A DNA stretch of 64,000 bases, from IMG/VR virus record IMGVR_UViG_3300046170_000470; one strand, given 5' to 3'. Below are positions 17,649 to 27,717 of the stretch, piece by piece. The position numbers and the translations under genes are program-made. The notes under the pieces were generated by a model. That model did no database searches, had not been told where the DNA came from, and saw only the letters and a program-made list of their open reading frames with translations. Each line of letters starts with the position of its first letter. Positions within the stretch are counted from its first letter, which is position 1. This DNA is from a virus.

Positions 17649-18449
17649 ATGTGTAACTGCGGATGTAATACTTGTGAAACAAAAGGACCTTTATTAACGG
17701 AAGGTAAAGTTAAGTCTTTATTATCTGAAGGTCTACAATATCATATAGATAAAAAAATACCATTATTTGAAACAGTATATCGTATTGGTTCAGATAAACA
17801 TTTAGCTTTAATTAAAGAAGCTAGAAAAATGTATTCACGTAATGTAATTGATTTATGTGAAGATGATGAAGCATTAATTAAAACACATTTAGGTGAATTT
17901 GCTTTATATGAAGGTGAATCTGTACCTTTAGATTTACCCATGTTAGAACAAACTTATAGTGGTTTTAGAAGAGGAGAACCAGAAGACCCAGATTCTATTC
18001 CATTTAAACCAACAGGATCAGTATCTGAATTTAGAGAAGATTTAAGAGCATTATTTGGTAAATTTAAAGGTGATTTAAAAAATCCTGAATTTATAAAAGG
18101 AGTAGCTCAAGTAATGGTTAATTGGAAATCACTTTTAAGAAGCCAATTAGACGAAGCTAAAAAGAAAAAAGAAAAAAAAGACCCACCATTAAATAAACCA
18201 AAACGTGGTGGTTCAAAAGCATATTACGTTTATGTACGTGACCCTAAAACTAAAAAAATTAAAAAAGTATCATTTGGATCAGGTGGTTTAAGAGCTAAAA
18301 TTAAAAATAAAGAAGCTCGTAATGCATTTGCTGCTAGACATAACTGTAAAAATAAAAAAGATAGAACTAAAGCAGGATATTGGTCATGTAATTTACCAAG
18401 ATACGCCCCAGCTTTAGGATTAGGTGCTAAAATGAATACTTTCTGGTAA
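17649..18449 (+). CDS. Modular protein with basic C-terminal domain
   Basis: CNCGCNTC N-terminus; LTE, LSE and LDE sites; KKVSFG...AFAARHNC...AGYWSC module. Confidence 0.6.
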   Translation: MCNCGCNTCETKGPLLTEGKVKSLLSEGLQYHIDKKIPLFETVYRIGSDKHLALIKEARKMYSRNVIDLCEDDEALIKTHLGEFALYEGESVPLDLPMLEQTYSGFRRGEPEDPDSIPFKPTGSVSEFREDLRALFGKFKGDLKNPEFIKGVAQVMVNWKSLLRSQLDEAKKKKEKKDPPLNKPKRGGSKAYYVYVRDPKTKKIKKVSFGSGGLRAKIKNKEARNAFAARHNCKNKKDRTKAGYWSCNLPRYAPALGLGAKMNTFW

Positions 18450-18450
18450 A

Positions 18451-18696
18451 ATGGATCCATACGTAAATAAAGGTAATATAAGAACGTTTTCGAAAGATGT
18501 AAATAAACTAGAATTAGTTTGGCATCAAGATGCTGAAGATAGAGATATCGAAGTATTAGAAGGCAAAGGATGGGAATTACAAATGGATAATGAATTACCC
18601 TTTGAATTAGTAAAGGGAGATCGTATATTTATAACAGAAGGTAGAATACACCGAATATTAAAAGGTACTACCGATTTAAAAATAAAAATAAATTAA
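18451..18696 (+). CDS. Small cupin-like protein
   Basis: WHQD-x-EDR...IHRILKG. Confidence 0.6.
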   Translation: MDPYVNKGNIRTFSKDVNKLELVWHQDAEDRDIEVLEGKGWELQMDNELPFELVKGDRIFITEGRIHRILKGTTDLKIKIN

Positions 18697-18705
18697 AAAC
18701 ATATA

Positions 18706-18790
18706 GAACAGATTCATAGCCTGTTCGATTAGAAATAATTAAAGAGATCTGTGGCCTCCATTTGGAGGTCACATTTAAGTTTCGTATATT
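18706..18790 (+). promoter_or_regulatory. Two hairpins (18706-18726, 18751-18772), the second overlapping promoter TTGG-N17-CGTATATT (18762-18790)
   Basis: gaacag-N9-ctgttc; gtggcctcca/tggaggtcac. Confidence 0.65.
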
Positions 18791-18814
18791 AACGCGTTAA
18801 AAATAGAAGTATAG

Positions 18815-18970
18815 ATGGATATAGATAAAGAATTTTATTTAGTAAGAAAAAATGAAGGTAATTCATTTCAAAGATCAATGATGTTTTTTTTAGAACAAAA
18901 CAAAAAACATGGTGCAGATTTCGGAGTAGCAGGAATGTATAATACTTTAAATAGATTTTATGGTGAGTAA
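18815..18970 (+). CDS. Small hypothetical protein (51 aa)
   Basis: Below the ORF-track cutoff: MDIDKEFYLVRK...NRFYGE*; follows promoter and overlaps the next start. Confidence 0.55.
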   Translation: MDIDKEFYLVRKNEGNSFQRSMMFFLEQNKKHGADFGVAGMYNTLNRFYGE

Positions 18971-20249
18971 AAACGTAGTAATGATTGGAGCAGGTGTAGC
19001 AAATGTAAATGCTGCTACCAAGCTAGTTGACAATGGTTTTAAAGGTAAAATCACTATTATTGATATGGGTAAAGACCCATATTTAAGGCCATATGAAGAG
19101 GTAATGACAGGTTTCCTGGGAGCAGGAGGTTGGTCTGATGGTAAATTAACTTACCATACTTCAATTGGAGGGCAATTATCTAAATATTGTGGTGAAGAAA
19201 AGGCAATGGAATTATTTGATCAGGTGATTGATAATTTTAAACGTTTCCATCCTAAACCAGAAGAAGTACAATGCTCAAATCCAGTTGCAGAACCAGATTT
19301 TATTAAACCATATTTTGGATTAAGATTATTCCCTGTATGGCACGTTGGTACTGATTATTTACATGAAATAGGTAAAAATTGGTATGACTTTTTAGTTAAT
19401 GGTGGTGTTGAATTTATTTGGGAAACTAAAATAGATGATATTGATTTTGATAATGAATGGGTTTATTGTGATGGAGAAAAAATGCAATATGATGAACTTA
19501 TCTTTGGTGTAGGCAAATCAGGTATTGATTTTGGTAAAAAATTAGCTGAAAAATATAATTTACCAACTGAACCAAAACCCGTACAAATTGGTGTTAGATT
19601 TGAAGCACCACAAAAACACTTTCAAAAATTAATTGATATAAGTTATGATTTTAAATTATATAGAAAATTTGAGGAAGCAGGAGTATCACTTCGTTCCTTT
19701 TGTACTAATAACAATGCAGCTTATGTAGCTGTAGAAGAAACATACGGTAACCATTCATATAATGGTCACGCTAAAAAAGACGAAAAGTTTAGAAACGATA
19801 TGACCAATTTTGGTATTCTAATGGAAGTTAGAGGTATTGAAAAACCATTTGAATGGTCTAGAGATGTAGTAAATAAACTACAAAAAGATGGTACAGGATT
19901 ATATTATAGCCCAACTAGAGAACCATCAACAACATCAGAAGGTGTAGATGTATCAGCAATTAAAGTAGATACAATGCATGAAATAGCTAAAGCAATGCAA
20001 CCATATTTTTGGTATGTATTGGATTTTATTGAAGACATGAAAAAAGTATTTCCAACATTGAAAGATGATTGGGGTATTTATGTGCCTGAAGTAAAATACC
20101 TTTCTCCTGAGCCGCTTGTCGATTATACCAATTTAGCCCTTACCAAGTATCCTAACGTTCACTTTGTTGGCGATGCATTATCAGCTAGAGGTATAACGGT
20201 AAGCGGCGCACAAGGAACATATGTTGCTGAGTCACTTTTGGAGAATTAA
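18960..20249 (+). CDS. FAD-dependent oxidoreductase (uncharacterised dehydrogenase family)
   Basis: VMIGAGVA, GAGGWSDGKL, IGVRFE, HFVGD...RGI. Confidence 0.85.
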   Translation: MVSKNVVMIGAGVANVNAATKLVDNGFKGKITIIDMGKDPYLRPYEEVMTGFLGAGGWSDGKLTYHTSIGGQLSKYCGEEKAMELFDQVIDNFKRFHPKPEEVQCSNPVAEPDFIKPYFGLRLFPVWHVGTDYLHEIGKNWYDFLVNGGVEFIWETKIDDIDFDNEWVYCDGEKMQYDELIFGVGKSGIDFGKKLAEKYNLPTEPKPVQIGVRFEAPQKHFQKLIDISYDFKLYRKFEEAGVSLRSFCTNNNAAYVAVEETYGNHSYNGHAKKDEKFRNDMTNFGILMEVRGIEKPFEWSRDVVNKLQKDGTGLYYSPTREPSTTSEGVDVSAIKVDTMHEIAKAMQPYFWYVLDFIEDMKKVFPTLKDDWGIYVPEVKYLSPEPLVDYTNLALTKYPNVHFVGDALSARGITVSGAQGTYVAESLLEN

Positions 20250-20266
20250 AATATTTTTCGTATATT
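20238..20266 (+). promoter_or_regulatory. Early/host-RNAP-type promoter TTGG-N17-CGTATATT
   Basis: Recurrent motif. Confidence 0.75.
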
Positions 20267-20288
20267 AATAACAAATAAAAATAATATT

Positions 20289-20555
20289 ATGGGCATAGAA
20301 ACAGGACAAACATATCCAAAATCAAGAAAATTAGTAAAAACAGATGGTACCATTGCCTATACATGGGATGGTAAATTACACAATTGGGATGGTCCCGCTT
20401 TATTGCCTGAAGGTAATGAAAAAAAAGCAGAATATTATCTTTATGGAATGCAAAAAACATCAGAAGAATGGAAAGAAATGAGACGTCAAAGAGAAGGTAT
20501 TCCATTCTATAAAAACCAATCAATGAAATCACAATTGTCGGATTATAGAAATTAA
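20289..20555 (+). CDS. Hypothetical protein with GKLH-x-x-DGPA motif
   Basis: GKLHNWDGPAL...EYYLYG. Confidence 0.65.
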   Translation: MGIETGQTYPKSRKLVKTDGTIAYTWDGKLHNWDGPALLPEGNEKKAEYYLYGMQKTSEEWKEMRRQREGIPFYKNQSMKSQLSDYRN

Positions 20556-20558
20556 TAT

Positions 20559-21089
20559 ATGAAAATAGGTTTATGTGGTACAATGAGTGTAGGTAAAACT
20601 ACGTTAGTTAATGCCTTAAAAGAAACAAAACAATTTAAAGACTATATGTTTAGAACAGAGCGTTCTAAATTTTTAATGGAGCAAGGTATTCCACTTAATA
20701 CTGATTCTACATTAAAAGGTCAAACTGTATTTTTAGCTGAACGTTGTGCCGAATTAATCCAAACAGATATTATTACAGATAGAACAGTAATAGATGTTAT
20801 GGCATTTACTTTAAATGCAAAATCAATACCTCATCAAGATAAAGAAGCATTTGAAGCATATGCTAGTGAATTTGTTAGAGATTATGATTTTATATTTTAT
20901 ATTTCTCCTTATGGAATAGATATTGAAGATAATGGAGTACGTGAAACAGATGAACATTATAGAGATTTAATTGATTTTACTATTACAACCCTTATTAAAA
21001 GACATGGTCATAAAGCAGGTAAAATAGAAAAAATATCCGGATCTACAGATGAACGTATTCAACAAATCTTAAATATTACAGGACTTTAA
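20559..21089 (+). CDS. AAA_28/NadR-like P-loop kinase/ATPase
   Basis: GTMSVGKTT, ITDRT, EDNGVR. Confidence 0.8.
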   Translation: MKIGLCGTMSVGKTTLVNALKETKQFKDYMFRTERSKFLMEQGIPLNTDSTLKGQTVFLAERCAELIQTDIITDRTVIDVMAFTLNAKSIPHQDKEAFEAYASEFVRDYDFIFYISPYGIDIEDNGVRETDEHYRDLIDFTITTLIKRHGHKAGKIEKISGSTDERIQQILNITGL

Positions 21090-21115
21090 CATATTTATAA
21101 TAAAATCTTATTATA

Positions 21116-21628
21116 ATGAAAAAATCTGAATTAGCATCTTTTATTAAAGAAGAAATCAAATCCACACTTAATACTGAAGGTGTATGGAAAAAGGGTCATC
21201 CCTCTTTAATTCAAAAATTTATTGATGAATTAGGTACCTTAAAAAATGATTACTATAATATTGTAGGAAGCGATGATGTATTTAATGGACTAGACCAAGC
21301 TGAAAGGGCTGCTAAGGAATTGATGTCAATGGCAGAAGCAACAATTGAAACATCACCAGAAGATTTAGCTAAAGTAAAACAAACCGCAGATAAAGACGAT
21401 GTAATTAAAGTTACAGAAGAAGATGATAAAGAACCATCAAAATCAGATCTTAAAAAAACTAAAGGTTTAGCTAAGGCAAAAGAAGAACTTGCTCAATTAA
21501 CTAAACAAATGAAATCTTTAGCCCGTGATTATAAAAAAGCTGAAGGTGAAGAAAAAGAAAAATTAGTAGCTGATCTTAAGAAAAAAACAAAACTTAAGAA
21601 AGAATTAGAAGCTATTATAGATAAATAA
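21116..21628 (+). CDS. Putative internal head protein
   Basis: Late motif at 21091; leader MKKSELASFIKEEI; basic coiled-coil C-terminus. Confidence 0.6.
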   Translation: MKKSELASFIKEEIKSTLNTEGVWKKGHPSLIQKFIDELGTLKNDYYNIVGSDDVFNGLDQAERAAKELMSMAEATIETSPEDLAKVKQTADKDDVIKVTEEDDKEPSKSDLKKTKGLAKAKEELAQLTKQMKSLARDYKKAEGEEKEKLVADLKKKTKLKKELEAIIDK

Positions 21629-21636
21629 AAAATGTT

Positions 21637-22020
21637 ATGTTAACATGGCTAAAAAGAAATTACCCATTATTTGTTATAGTAGGAGCATGTATAATAGCCT
21701 TTAACTTTTTTGGGGAAAAAGAAGATTATGTAGGGGAATATAATGCCAAAATCACTGCATTAGAACAAAAAGTTGATTCGTTACATCATGTAAATGACGA
21801 ATTATCTTTTAAAATAGATACCTTAAATGTCCAGATAGGTAAATTAGATCAACAATTAGATTTAAAAGATAACAAGATAAATAATTTAAGATATGAAATT
21901 AGCACAAAAGTTGATGCTGTTGATTCTTTTAATGACGATGAGCTTGAAAGGTTTTTCACAGAACGTTACAAACAGTACATCGATTCAATTAAAAAAACCA
22001 ATAGCGAAACTAGTAATTAA
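21637..22020 (+). CDS. N-anchored coiled-coil membrane protein (i-spanin-like)
   Basis: N-terminal TM helix followed by heptad coiled coil. Confidence 0.55.
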   Translation: MLTWLKRNYPLFVIVGACIIAFNFFGEKEDYVGEYNAKITALEQKVDSLHHVNDELSFKIDTLNVQIGKLDQQLDLKDNKINNLRYEISTKVDAVDSFNDDELERFFTERYKQYIDSIKKTNSETSN

Positions 22021-22306
22021 GGATTTAATTACTGGGGATGGAGCTAAAAATGAATTAGCTATTACTATAGATAAAATTAAACTGTTTGAACAAAAAATAG
22101 TTTTAAAAGATAGTGTTATTTTAAACTTAAATAATAAAATAAATAATTTTGATTCTATACTTTTAACAAAATCTGACCAACTATTATTATCCCAAGAATT
22201 ATCTAAAAGACTAGAACAAGATTTACAAAAACAAAAATTAAAAAATAAATTAACTATGGGAGCGGGTATACTAGGGATAGTAGCTGTTGCTATACTAGTA
22301 AAATAG
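21893..22306 (+). CDS. Overlapping secreted coiled-coil protein with C-terminal TM (spanin partner?)
   Basis: Signal-peptide-like N-terminus encoded inside the previous gene; hydrophobic C-terminal helix. Confidence 0.5.
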   Translation: MKLAQKLMLLILLMTMSLKGFSQNVTNSTSIQLKKPIAKLVIKDLITGDGAKNELAITIDKIKLFEQKIVLKDSVILNLNNKINNFDSILLTKSDQLLLSQELSKRLEQDLQKQKLKNKLTMGAGILGIVAVAILVK

Positions 22307-22307
22307 T

Positions 22308-23885
22308 ATGTCTGATTTAAAAAAGGTAATACGTCAAGAATATCTAAAATGTGCCAAAGACCCCGTACATTTTATGCGTAAATACTGTTATATACAGCAC
22401 CCACAAAGGGGGCGTATACCATTTAATTTATATCCATTCCAAGAAAAAGTACTCAAGCTATTTAGAGACAATGATTATTCTGCTGTATTAAAATCTAGAC
22501 AATTAGGTATATCTACATTAGCCGCAGGTTATTCTTTATGGTTAATGACATTTCATAAAGACCGAAATGTATTAGCATTAGCAACAACTCAAGCAACAGC
22601 AAGAAACTTAGTAACAAAAGTACAATTCATGTGGGAAAATTTACCTTCATGGCTTAAAGTAGATTCAGCTGAAAATAACAAATTATCTTTAAGATTAACT
22701 AATGGTTCAAAAATACAAGCAAAATCTTCAAATGCCGATGCCGCAAGATCGGAAGCAGTATCATTGCTAATAGTTGATGAAGCCGCCCTTTATTGATAAT
22801 ATTGCTGAGACATGGGCTTCTGCCCAACAAACACTTGCAACTGGTGGGGGTGCCATTGTACTATCAACCCCTTATGGTACTGGTAACTGGTTTCACCAAA
22901 CATGGGTTAAAGCAGAACAAGGAGAAAATGAATTTTTACCTATTAAATTACCATGGTATGTACACCCAGAAAGGGACCAATCATGGAGAGATGCACAGGA
23001 CTCATTATTAGGAGATCCTAGATTAGACAGCCCAAGAATGTGACTGTGACTTTAGTACCTCTGGTGATATTGTATTTTATAATGAGTATTTAGAATATTA
23101 CGAAAAATCTTTTATAAAAGAACCTTTAGAAAGAAGGGGTGCTGATCAAAATTTATGGGTTTGGGAATCCCCCGATTATAGCAGAAACTATATTGTAGTA
23201 GCTGATGTATCCAGAGGAGATGGAAAAGATTACTCAGCATGTCCATGTAATTGATACTGAAAGTAATGTGCAAGTTGCTGAATATAAAGGGCAAATTAAT
23301 ACAAAAGATTATGGTCATTTATTAGTAGGATTAGCTACTGAATATAATGAAGCAATGTTAGTAATAGAAAATGCCAACATTGGTTGGGCAACTATACAAG
23401 TTGCTATAGATAGACAATATCCTAACCTCTACTATTCACAACGGAGTGACTCCCCAAATGCTGATTCGTATTTTGACAAATATCAAGACCACTCTAAAAT
23501 GGTAGCTGGTTTTACAATGTCCTCTAGAACAAGACCTATGGTAATAGGTAAGTTTCAAGAATATATTAGTGATAAAGGAGTAACAATACAATCTAGAAGA
23601 TTAATAGAAGAAATGAAAGTGTTTATTTGGAAAAATGGTAGAGCAGAAGCCCAAACAGGATATAATGATGATCTAGTTATGTCATTTGGGATTGCAATGT
23701 ACATTAGAGATACAGCACTAAAATTAAGACAACGTGGTTTAGATGCAACCCGAAATGCATTAAATAACATAACAGTAAATAGAACACAATATCAAGGTGG
23801 GTATTTTTCAACAGGAGCTGATAACCCTTACCATATTGAAACCCAAAATGGTAATAAAGAAGATATTAGTTGGCTCTTTAAATAA
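22308..23885 (+). CDS. terL: Terminase large subunit (T4 gp17-like); three +1 indels (~22788, ~23027, ~23244)
   Basis: LYPFQ, KSRQLGIST, LIVDEAA-F, LSTPYG, QECDC, ADVSRGDGKDYS, IENANIG, NDDLVMS. Confidence 0.92.
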
Positions 23886-23909
23886 TATTTATAATAATAA
23901 TTATATACA

Positions 23910-25811
23910 ATGGCAGATACAGGCTTATTTAGTAGATTAAGAAGATTATTCTCAACAGACATAATCATTAGAAATGTAGGTGGAGACCAAATAAAGGTGG
24001 TAGATAGTAGTACCATCCAAACAAATGGAGAATTACAAACAAATTCACTTATTGATAGATATAATAGATTATATTCTACAAACCCCTCATCTTTATATGG
24101 AGCTCAATTTAATTTTAATTATCAATATCTAAGACCCCAATTATATTCAGAATATGATGTAATGGATCAGGATGCAATCATTGCTTCTGCTTTAGATATT
24201 ATTGCGGATGAATCTACATTAAAAAATGATATGGGTGAAGTATTATCTATCCGTTCTTCAAATGAACAAATACAAAAAATACTCTATAACCTATTTTATG
24301 ATGTTTTAAATATTGAATTTAATTTATGGGCTTGGATACGTCAAATGTCTAAATTTGGTGATTTTTTCTTAAAATTAGAAGTAGCAGAAAAATTTGGTGT
24401 TTATAATGTTATACCTTATACTGCTTATCATATCTCAAGAGAAGAAGGATTTAACCCAGATAACCCTTCGGATATAAGATTTAGATATGACCCTAACGGT
24501 CTAGTTAACCCGAGTTCAGGAATGTATTCTACTCCAAATAATAAATCCCAAACAGAAAATGGTATTTTCTTCGATAATTATGAAATGGCTCACTTTAGAT
24601 TAATTGGCGACACCAATTATCTCCCTTATGGTCGTTCATATATTGAACCTGCTAGAAAATTATTTAAACAATATACTTTAATGGAGGATGCAATGTTAAT
24701 TCATAGAATTTCCCGTGCTCCAGAAAAACGTATTTTTTATATGAATGTTGGTTCTATTCCACCTAATGAAATAGATTCATTTATGCAAAAAACCATTTCA
24801 AATATGAAACGTACTCCTCATATAGATCAAAAGACTGGAGAGTATAATTTGAAATACAACATGCAGAACATGATGGAGGATTTTTATATCCCAGTTCGTG
24901 GAAATGATACTACAACAAAAATTGATACTACAAAAGGTTTAGATTATGATGGTATCCAAGATGTTGAATATTTAAGAGATAAATTATTTGCAGCACTTAA
25001 AATCCCAAAAGCATTTTTAGGATATGATGAAAATGTGGAAGGAAAGGCTACATTAGCAGCAGAAGATATTAGATTTGCCCGTACTATTGAACGTTTACAA
25101 CGTATTATGGTATCCGAGCTTAATAAAATTGCACTAGTTCATCTATATGCCCAAGGCTATAGAGATGAAGCATTGACCAACTTCGAAATTTCAATGCAAA
25201 CCCCATCAATTATATTTGAACAGGAAAAAATTGAATTAATGAAGTCTAAAACAGAATTAGCAACTTCCTTACTAGATAATAATTTATTACCTACAGATTG
25301 GATATATGATAATATTTTCCATTTATCAGAAGATCAATATGAAGAATATAGAGACTTAAATCGAGAAGATGCTAAACGTAAGTTTAGATTAGCTCAAATT
25401 GAGGCTGAAGGTAACGACCCAGTCGAAACTGGTAAGTCATATGGTACACCACATGATTTAGCTTCATTATATGGTAAAGGCAGAATGTATTCTGACCCTG
25501 GAAATGTACCTGATGGTTATGATACAGATTCAGATTTAGGTAGACCTAAAGATTCCATTTCAAACATTGGAAAACAGAATAGCAATTTTGGAAAAGATAG
25601 ATTAGGAGTTAAACGTATGAAAGATACTGATAAAAATGATTCTTCAGATAGTAGAACAGATACTAATAAATCAGGTCTAGCTTTAGAAAATGCCCAAACA
25701 ACTTTATTAAAAAATAAAGATATGTTTAAAAAAATGAATAAAAAGCAATTAGTATTTGAACAAGATAAAGATAATACATCATTATTAGATGAAAACCAAT
25801 TAAAGAAGTAA
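23910..25811 (+). CDS. Portal protein (T4 gp20-like)
   Basis: PYGRS, LMEDAMLIHRISRAPEKRIFY, EDFYIPVR, ALKIPKAFL, EDIRFAR. Confidence 0.95.
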   Translation: MADTGLFSRLRRLFSTDIIIRNVGGDQIKVVDSSTIQTNGELQTNSLIDRYNRLYSTNPSSLYGAQFNFNYQYLRPQLYSEYDVMDQDAIIASALDIIADESTLKNDMGEVLSIRSSNEQIQKILYNLFYDVLNIEFNLWAWIRQMSKFGDFFLKLEVAEKFGVYNVIPYTAYHISREEGFNPDNPSDIRFRYDPNGLVNPSSGMYSTPNNKSQTENGIFFDNYEMAHFRLIGDTNYLPYGRSYIEPARKLFKQYTLMEDAMLIHRISRAPEKRIFYMNVGSIPPNEIDSFMQKTISNMKRTPHIDQKTGEYNLKYNMQNMMEDFYIPVRGNDTTTKIDTTKGLDYDGIQDVEYLRDKLFAALKIPKAFLGYDENVEGKATLAAEDIRFARTIERLQRIMVSELNKIALVHLYAQGYRDEALTNFEISMQTPSIIFEQEKIELMKSKTELATSLLDNNLLPTDWIYDNIFHLSEDQYEEYRDLNREDAKRKFRLAQIEAEGNDPVETGKSYGTPHDLASLYGKGRMYSDPGNVPDGYDTDSDLGRPKDSISNIGKQNSNFGKDRLGVKRMKDTDKNDSSDSRTDTNKSGLALENAQTTLLKNKDMFKKMNKKQLVFEQDKDNTSLLDENQLKK

Positions 25812-25844
25812 AAAACTTCACATATTTATAAATAAATATATTTT

Positions 25845-26716
25845 TTGATGAAAATAAAACACTCCAAGTACAAAAACACAGGTATACTGTTTGAACTATT
25901 GGTGCGTCAAATCACTGCGGATACATTAAAAGGTGGAGATTCTCCAGCTATTAATATACTTAAAGAATACTTTGTAAAAACTTCTTTAGGTCGCGAGTAT
26001 AAGTTGTATGAATCAGTACTAAAATCTAATGTTTTAAATGAAGGAAAAGCTAATATAGTAATTAGTACTATACTTGAATCTTCTAAAGGGTTTAATCGCA
26101 CTTCATTAAAGAAACAAAAATATAACTTAATTAATGAAATTAAAAAAGCATTATGATTTAGATGTTTTCTTTGGTGCTAAAATTAAAAATTATAAAGAAC
26201 TAGCAGCTTTATATACACTAATTGAAAGCCATAGTACAGACACAAACACAAATGTTGATCAAGTCATTGATAATAAAATAACTTTACTAGAATATTTAAC
26301 CTAAACATGAAGTTAATACTAAAGAAGTTAAAGAAGATGTTCTTAAAGAATTTCAAACTTATGATAAAGACTTAAGAATACTTACATACAAAGTACTTTT
26401 AGAAAAGTTTAACAATAAATATGATAACTTATCTAGTGAACAAAAACAAGTACTTAAAGAATTTATAAACTCAGTAGACTCAGCTCCTGGGTTAAGAGAC
26501 TTTTATAATAGTAAAATAGATGAATTGAAATCTACTTTAAACGAAGAAGCTAAAACTATTAAAGATAAAGCTACTCAAATTAAAATTACAGAAGTGGCTA
26601 AGTATTTAGTTGAATTAGATAAAACAGCTAAGGTTAATAATGATAACTTAGTTGATTTATTACAATATTACGAACTAGTAAAAGAAATTAAAGTAGCAAA
26701 TGGCGTTCAAGTATAA
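25845..26716 (+). CDS. Conserved head-module protein; two +1 indels (~26147, ~26301)
   Basis: MKIKHSKYKNTGILFELL...; frames rejoin to ...LLQYYELVKEI; late motif at 25822. Confidence 0.7.
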
Positions 26717-27473
26717 ACTTAAAGAAGCACCTTCTCCTAACCTAGCCCAACAAACGGGAGCTAAAATAGGTGATGTGTCCTATTCTAAAGATGGAGATAC
26801 TAAATTTGTAGTTAATTCTATAGATAAAGAAACAGGCCAAATAGGATGGAAAGTAATTGAACTACCCGCATTTGATAAATTAAATGATGATGTTGATAGT
26901 TTAGTTTCAACAGCTAAAGGAGTTTATACTAAAACTAAGGATGATGAAAAGTTTAGAGAAATATATGAAGAAGCTAGACTTTTAAGAAATAAAATTAGAA
27001 AACATCTTCGTAACGAATACCCAGACGAGTATAAGAGAATGACTATGGAAGGGGAAATTGAAGAAGCTACGGGTGTTGATGGAGATGTTATAGATTTAAA
27101 TCCTTCTAATAAAACAAAATTATCCAATTATGTTAAATTACCACACCATTTAGCTGCGGCTCTATTAGATGTAGCAGATGAAATGATGGCGGATGAAGCT
27201 GATACAATTAAAAACCAACCTCAAATAAAACAAGCTCTTGCATTATTAAAAAAAGCAGCTGAAAAAGCTATGACAGGGGAAAAAGAAGTTGAAGAAGTAT
27301 CTACATCATCCGGTGTAGCTGCATACAATACTCCATTTGCCTTTAAAAAAGCAGGTAAAGAAGGAGTAAAAAATAATGTGTATGTTAAAAAGTTTGGATA
27401 TAAATTAGTACCTAAGGACAAAAAAGGAAATTATGTTCAAAAAGGTAGTGGTTTAGAAGTAAAAAACTTTTAA
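26700..27473 (+). CDS. Putative internal/core head protein
   Basis: Leader MAFKYKLKE; IEE and VEE sites; 'STSSGVAAYNTPFAF' module. Confidence 0.6.
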   Translation: MAFKYKLKEAPSPNLAQQTGAKIGDVSYSKDGDTKFVVNSIDKETGQIGWKVIELPAFDKLNDDVDSLVSTAKGVYTKTKDDEKFREIYEEARLLRNKIRKHLRNEYPDEYKRMTMEGEIEEATGVDGDVIDLNPSNKTKLSNYVKLPHHLAAALLDVADEMMADEADTIKNQPQIKQALALLKKAAEKAMTGEKEVEEVSTSSGVAAYNTPFAFKKAGKEGVKNNVYVKKFGYKLVPKDKKGNYVQKGSGLEVKNF

Positions 27474-27474
27474 T

Positions 27475-27717
27475 ATGTATAAGTATAAATTAAATGAGCA
27501 AGAAGATAAAGTAAAAAAATTCCATGAAGAAAGAATCATGGCATTTGATGCTTTAGAAGCTCGTTTAGAAAACATAAAAAAATTATTACGTCAAGGTAAA
27601 ATTGAAACAATAAAATACTACAGAGAAAATCCAAAAAGTTATGCTGTAGATAAACCAACAGATTTAATTGGCGATTATATAAACGATATTGAAACATTAT
27701 TAAAATCAGAAGAATGA
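27475..27717 (+). CDS. Small putative head protein
   Basis: Leader MYKYKLNE resembles the previous gene's leader. Confidence 0.6.
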   Translation: MYKYKLNEQEDKVKKFHEERIMAFDALEARLENIKKLLRQGKIETIKYYRENPKSYAVDKPTDLIGDYINDIETLLKSEE

